Below are positions 59,699-64,000 of a stretch of DNA of 64,000 bases, piece after piece. This stretch comes from an uncultured bacterium. GTDB taxonomy: Bacteria > Zixibacteria > MSB-5A5 > CAIYYT01. The translations under genes and the position numbers were made by a program. The first letter of the stretch is position 1, and every line of letters begins with the position of its first letter. Location of the stretch: positions 1,152,001 through 1,216,000 of the forward strand of contig CAVSCK010000004.1 of the NCBI GenBank assembly GCA_963726455.1. Reading direction: 5' to 3'. Below the pieces are notes generated by a model that did not search any database, had not been told where the DNA came from, and saw only the letters and a list, made by a program, of their open reading frames with translations.

Positions 59699-60931
59699 TC
59701 AGAACCTCGTATCGTCTCCGTTGCCGGTAAAGCGTGCGCGCTTGAACTCGACAGTCCAGGTGCCGTTTTCGAACTGCCCCTTGGCCATGACATCTGCACG
59801 ACTGCCGGAAGGCATCGTGGTGACAAACCAGGGAACAGTAGCCAGACTATCCCAACCGTCCGAATTCGGCTTGGCGATCTGCCAATCCCACAGCGGATAT
59901 GCCGCACTGGAATTGGGATCGTTGGCAGACTGGTACTTCGGCCGATTGTAGGATACCACTATCGCTCCGCCTGACAAGGCCCAGACATAATCTTCGTTAG
60001 GGATTTCGGGACCATTGCCAAGATCAGCGATTACACCGTCGGTGTACCTGTCGTCATAGCCGTCGGTCTTCTTCTGCGTTTTGTACGACATGTATTTGTC
60101 GTCGGCATGACCTGTAACATTGGAAGAGATCGAAGACCAACTCCAGAGATCTAAGCGAGGTTTCGGAAGCAAAGTGCTATGGAAGTACGTACCCGGCATG
60201 TCGGCGACCCATTGATTTTGCACGAGCTTGACAGGACTCTCATGACAGGTGACAAGGCAACCGTCGTGGTCGAACCAGAACATGGGCGTAATTTCGAACA
60301 TAAACATCACGCGATCCTGGTCCTGGTCGGCATTGATCACCTTCCAGATCGGTATATTCAGTGGATTATAAACCCAGGACGTATCCGGCGGATTTCCGAT
60401 TCGCACGGAGTCCTGTCCATGTATCCAGCGCCGGGTATCGAGAGTCGCCGCGGCCGTGACACCAAACTGCGGGACGTCCACCTCAGTATACTTTACCTGG
60501 AAATAGACGAAATTCTCGTCAAAGGCGGCACGAATTCGCGCCGATTCGATTCCGTTGTCGTAACCGGCCATCTTACGCAAATTGATGTCGCTGTACTTGG
60601 CGCCCCATTCACTCGCGCCACCGTCGACACCATCGATAATCGGCGCCGCGCCATTGATCAGTCGTTGGCAGACGACAGTATCGCCGGCATTCTGATGCAG
60701 CGTGTCGAACGCGAGATACACTTTCGGCGCGCCGTTGTGTGTCGTGAGACTGTTATTTCCGATTGCCAGCGAGAAGAAACGATTGTCCGGCACCGGCGCA
60801 GTGTACGGATTGCCCTGATCGCCTTGATCTCCCGTAACCCCGCGGCCGCCGGGGTTGCCCTCGCAACCAAAGATCGACAGCAGCAGGAGCGCAGCCAGGC
60901 CCGTCAAGAGAGTTATTATGATTCTTTTCAT
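59699..60931 (-). CDS. lipoprotein: collagen-like GXY stalk + EB_dh/DOMON-like domain with CxxxCH
   Basis: IFGC lipobox, (GXY)6, APIIDG...W, RAAFDENFVYF, GCLVTCH, DLWSW and WTVEFKRARFTGNGDD. Confidence 0.75.
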   Translation of the reverse strand: MKRIIITLLTGLAALLLLSIFGCEGNPGGRGVTGDQGDQGNPYTAPVPDNRFFSLAIGNNSLTTHNGAPKVYLAFDTLHQNAGDTVVCQRLINGAAPIIDGVDGGASEWGAKYSDINLRKMAGYDNGIESARIRAAFDENFVYFQVKYTEVDVPQFGVTAAATLDTRRWIHGQDSVRIGNPPDTSWVYNPLNIPIWKVINADQDQDRVMFMFEITPMFWFDHDGCLVTCHESPVKLVQNQWVADMPGTYFHSTLLPKPRLDLWSWSSISSNVTGHADDKYMSYKTQKKTDGYDDRYTDGVIADLGNGPEIPNEDYVWALSGGAIVVSYNRPKYQSANDPNSSAAYPLWDWQIAKPNSDGWDSLATVPWFVTTMPSGSRADVMAKGQFENGTWTVEFKRARFTGNGDDTRF

Positions 60932-60946
60932 CGTAGTCGGCTCCTT

Positions 60947-62233
60947 CTAAAACTGCACGTCGTCGCCGCTGTTGGTCTTGCGGGCGCGTTTAAGTTCCAC
61001 GGTCCAGGTGCCCAGAGAGTTGTCGAACGAGGCGACAGCGTAAACGTCGGCACGGCTGCCACTCGGAATTGTGGTCACGATTCCGGGTACATAGTTCATG
61101 TTGCGGCGCGTCCACCCTTTCTGCACAAAGCCGACGGCGTCGAAGTACCACAGCGGATAGATCTGGTTCTGCATCGTTCCACCGGTCGAATCAGTACGCA
61201 TGCCGGGGTCGAGGCGGTTCATGTACCTTGGGGTCGAGTCGGGCAGCAGATAGTTGTTGATGTACGGCGCCTGGCCGGCATCCGGACGTAAGCCTGCCGA
61301 AGTGATGCTCCAGTCGTCCGCTATGGCAACCGGTTTGGTGGTCGCCGATCCCCACGCCCAGACGTCTACGAACATATTCGACGGAATTGGATCAGGCGTG
61401 CCGGTGAAATTGAAATAATTGTTGAAGGCGACATTCTGCCAGCCCTGCGGAGGATTCTCCTTGGGCAGGAACAGAACCAGACGGTCTTCGCCATCTGTGC
61501 CCGGCTTCCAAACAAAGGTCGTATCGGCAATCGCGCGCGTGTTCCAGCACATGCAAGGATCGCCCAGTGCGCAAAGGGAATCGTACTTGATGCGCATATA
61601 GGTGAATAAGCTGTCAATTTTGGTCTTGGTCGCGCAGTTGTACTGATATTGATTTGTGTCCAGTCCGTGAAAGGCACGGGCGCTGAATCCCAGAACATTC
61701 ATTTCATATGTCTCTGAAGTCGTGAAATAGTACAGATCCTTGTTGTCGACCTTTGTCTTGATAGGTTGCTCCTGCCATTGGAACAGGAAATAGACGTTCT
61801 GATCGTCGTACGCGGCGCGCGCCGTGACGACTTTGGTTCCCGGTCCGGGAAGCGTATCGGGCAGTGTCAGATATGTCGGCCTGATCCTGGACTTTTGCGC
61901 ACCCCATTCGGTCTCCTCACCGTCGACACCATCGATGAGAGGTGGAATTGAGACGCGGTTTGCTACCAAAGTGTCACCGGTGCCGGTAGCCGTTGAATCA
62001 AATGTCAGATAAACTCGGGTTGAGCCGTCGACTTTTCTCAGACTGTCATTGGTGATACCGAAAGCGATAGTGCGTCCAGCAGGAGGCATTAGCTCTGTAT
62101 CCGTGCCACCCGGTCCAATCGGCCCAACCGGTCCCTTGCCGCCGACCGGCCCCGCATCGCCTTCGCACCCCGCAATCACTATCAGGCCGGCTAACGCCAC
62201 CAGACAGAAGATTATGAGACTCCACTTACGCAT
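60947..62233 (-). CDS. paralogous lipoprotein: GXY stalk + EB_dh/DOMON-like domain, no heme-c motif
   Basis: IAGC lipobox, (GXY)7, PPLIDG, RAAYDDQNVYFLFQW, EDRL, DVWAW and WTVELKRARKTNSGDD. Carries a four-Cys insert. Confidence 0.75.
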   Translation of the reverse strand: MRKWSLIIFCLVALAGLIVIAGCEGDAGPVGGKGPVGPIGPGGTDTELMPPAGRTIAFGITNDSLRKVDGSTRVYLTFDSTATGTGDTLVANRVSIPPLIDGVDGEETEWGAQKSRIRPTYLTLPDTLPGPGTKVVTARAAYDDQNVYFLFQWQEQPIKTKVDNKDLYYFTTSETYEMNVLGFSARAFHGLDTNQYQYNCATKTKIDSLFTYMRIKYDSLCALGDPCMCWNTRAIADTTFVWKPGTDGEDRLVLFLPKENPPQGWQNVAFNNYFNFTGTPDPIPSNMFVDVWAWGSATTKPVAIADDWSITSAGLRPDAGQAPYINNYLLPDSTPRYMNRLDPGMRTDSTGGTMQNQIYPLWYFDAVGFVQKGWTRRNMNYVPGIVTTIPSGSRADVYAVASFDNSLGTWTVELKRARKTNSGDDVQF

Positions 62234-62311
62234 TAATTCCTCCCTAATATTTCCAAAACTGGAGAGCTATAGTCAAGATTCATAGGTTCCTCTTCTCGTT
62301 TCCCTGTTGGC

Positions 62312-63379
62312 CTAAAATGCAGCATCGTCGCCATTACCGGTCTTTCGCATCCGGCTCAGTTCAACCGTCCATACGCCGGTGCCGGTATCGAAAGTTCCTC
62401 TGGCTCTCACATCAGCGGCGGAGCCGGACGGTGCGAAGAAAATATAACCGGGAACGGTCGCACCGTTGCGCCAGCCGTTGGTCGGATTGGCAAATAGAGT
62501 GTAATCGAAGCTGCGCAACGGATATGTTGATCCATAAACCGTCGAACCGGCTTTCATGTAAGTCGGATTGCCATTGTTGGCCGGGTTCTCTATCACAAAG
62601 GCGGGCGAAACGCCTACGTCGTACGCGGAGTTGTCTCCCGAAGCGGCAAAACCAACAATCTTGTCGGCCAGCCAACCAGAGTAATTTGTTTCGGTGGATT
62701 GCCATTCCCACAGGTCGGCAAATTCACCGGCAGCGGGAGTGCGGAAATTGGCGCCGTCGAATATCGCTTTCGCGCCTTCACTGGCCCAACCTGTGATGTT
62801 GGTCAATGCCCAGCTTACCAGCAGCCGATCCTCACCACCCGACTGCGACCACGAAGCTCCCGTGCTGTCAAACACCCACTGGCGTTTGGTCACATCTGCG
62901 GCCGGAATAAACTCGCCATTGGCAACTTCCTGCCATTTGAACTGCATATAGACATAAGTGCGGTCGAATGCCGCGCGAATCTCTACGTTCGTGATTCCGC
63001 TGTAAGCGCCCGCAATCGAATCCAGAGCCACGTTGTATGTCACGGCGCTCTTCCACTCGACGCCGCCGCCATCAACTCCGTCGATCGCCGGTGGAGTCGA
63101 AATTGGGAAAGCGATTACCTTGTTTGCGCCGGACGCGAGCGTATCGGATGTCAGCGAAACATTGTATGCTCCGACATAATCCGCTGCGGTGCTGTTGGCA
63201 ATTAGAACTCCAAAGTCTTGGCTTGTGATCGGAGTTGCCACCAGATTTTGTCCGGGAGGCCCCGGTTCCCCGGGATATCCTGGAGGCCCAGCCGGGCCCT
63301 CTTTGCCGGTACAACCGGCCAGTAGAACTACTAGTATACAAGTAGATAGAAATGCAGTGAGCGTTTTCCCAACCGACAT
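62312..63379 (-). CDS. paralogous lipoprotein: GXY stalk + EB_dh/DOMON-like domain, no heme-c motif
   Basis: LAGC lipobox, (GXY)7, PPAIDG, RAAFDRTYVYMQFKW, EDRL, DLWEW and WTVELSRMRKTGNGDD. Start MSVGK after GGAGGAG. Confidence 0.75.
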   Translation of the reverse strand: MSVGKTLTAFLSTCILVVLLAGCTGKEGPAGPPGYPGEPGPPGQNLVATPITSQDFGVLIANSTAADYVGAYNVSLTSDTLASGANKVIAFPISTPPAIDGVDGGGVEWKSAVTYNVALDSIAGAYSGITNVEIRAAFDRTYVYMQFKWQEVANGEFIPAADVTKRQWVFDSTGASWSQSGGEDRLLVSWALTNITGWASEGAKAIFDGANFRTPAAGEFADLWEWQSTETNYSGWLADKIVGFAASGDNSAYDVGVSPAFVIENPANNGNPTYMKAGSTVYGSTYPLRSFDYTLFANPTNGWRNGATVPGYIFFAPSGSAADVRARGTFDTGTGVWTVELSRMRKTGNGDDAAF

Positions 63380-63437
63380 TATCTCCTCCGTGACCATATA
63401 ATCAGAACAGCTATCTTCCAAAAAAATAACAGTTCGC

Positions 63438-63466
63438 ACAATACAAAACCGGGCGTAGCGGCGCAA
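63438..63466 (-). promoter_or_regulatory. probable promoter of the three-lipoprotein operon
   Basis: Minus strand TTGCGC, 17-bp spacer, TATTGT. Confidence 0.5.
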
Positions 63467-63693
63467 GGGATTTTTTGCCGGGCAGGAATATTGGACGGTA
63501 TCAAAGTCACATAGTACATGATCTTGCGAGCGCAGCCAGAGTTCTACATGCGAGCCAGCACACCGTAGTTAATGACGTACGAAGTTGCTACTTATTCAAT
63601 GCGTATTTCCGAATAATGGAGCTTACCGGCGACAGCCGCCGGATTGTGGTAAAAGAGGGCGACAAGATTTGATTTGACTCGGGCGTTCTGTGG

Positions 63694-63999
63694 CTAGTTG
63701 ATCTTGAAACTGCAAATAACCCAGCTTGTATTGCGCTTTTTCAGCTCCATCTGGCTGTAGTACTGAATCCGGGTCGCTCGATCTATGAATGAAACCTCGA
63801 CCGTGGCCGTGGTGTCGTCCAGGAGTTTCTCCTCGTTCACCACAATCTGCGACTTGGCCCAGGTTCGGCGGTATTCGCCTTCCCGGAGAAAGCCGTTAAT
63901 CAGCCGGTTCTTTTTATCCTGAAGCGACAGACTGTCGTAGCGCGCCGCGCCATACTCATAAGTGGCAACCGAGTCGGCATCGATAAATGGCAGAATGTC
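63694..63999 (-). CDS. 3' end of a hypothetical protein, possibly NTF2-like fold, truncated by the window edge
   Basis: Open frame ...DILPFIDADS...DDTTATVEVSFIDRATRIQYYSQMELKKRNTSWVICSFKIN*. Confidence 0.7.
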   Translation of the reverse strand, partial: DILPFIDADSVATYEYGAARYDSLSLQDKKNRLINGFLREGEYRRTWAKSQIVVNEEKLLDDTTATVEVSFIDRATRIQYYSQMELKKRNTSWVICSFKIN

Positions 64000-64000
64000 T

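Overview
A bacterial chromosomal window of about 55 genes. The C-terminal CGDxNGDGxxDISDxVYLIxYIFxGGPAP dockerin-like modules suggest candidate phylum Zixibacteria (inference). Housekeeping and catabolic genes include fumC, rpmB, purL, hutU (four clustered +1 frameshifts), acpS, class I aldolase, argF, tnaA, asparaginase II and a ComM/YifB ATPase. There is a Mg2+-transport cluster: an Nramp-related transporter, a stand-alone MgtE cytosolic domain, an unannotated 36-aa TM peptide and CorA. Many envelope proteases are present (exported PepF, barrel-fused SppA, an M16 pair, S8), as well as a PlpD-type patatin-BamA protein and two tandem LVIVD-dockerin proteins. An intact REP-associated tyrosine transposase is flanked by 42-bp GTAG-REP tandem arrays, and a second, truncated RAYT has its own REP family. 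No CRISPR, rRNA or tRNA was seen. Best leads: (1) an operon of three paralogous lipoproteins, each lipobox + collagen GXY stalk + EB_dh/DOMON-like domain, only one with a CxxxCH motif; (2) a structured non-M-box-looking 5' leader on the Mg2+ operon; (3) a free-standing ~160-nt structured RNA candidate between rpmB and purL; (4) a signal-peptide-bearing pentapeptide-repeat/K+-channel-like protein; (5) 10-bp phased direct repeats over the promoter of an Xis-like HTH operon. All family assignments come from motif recognition, not database searches.
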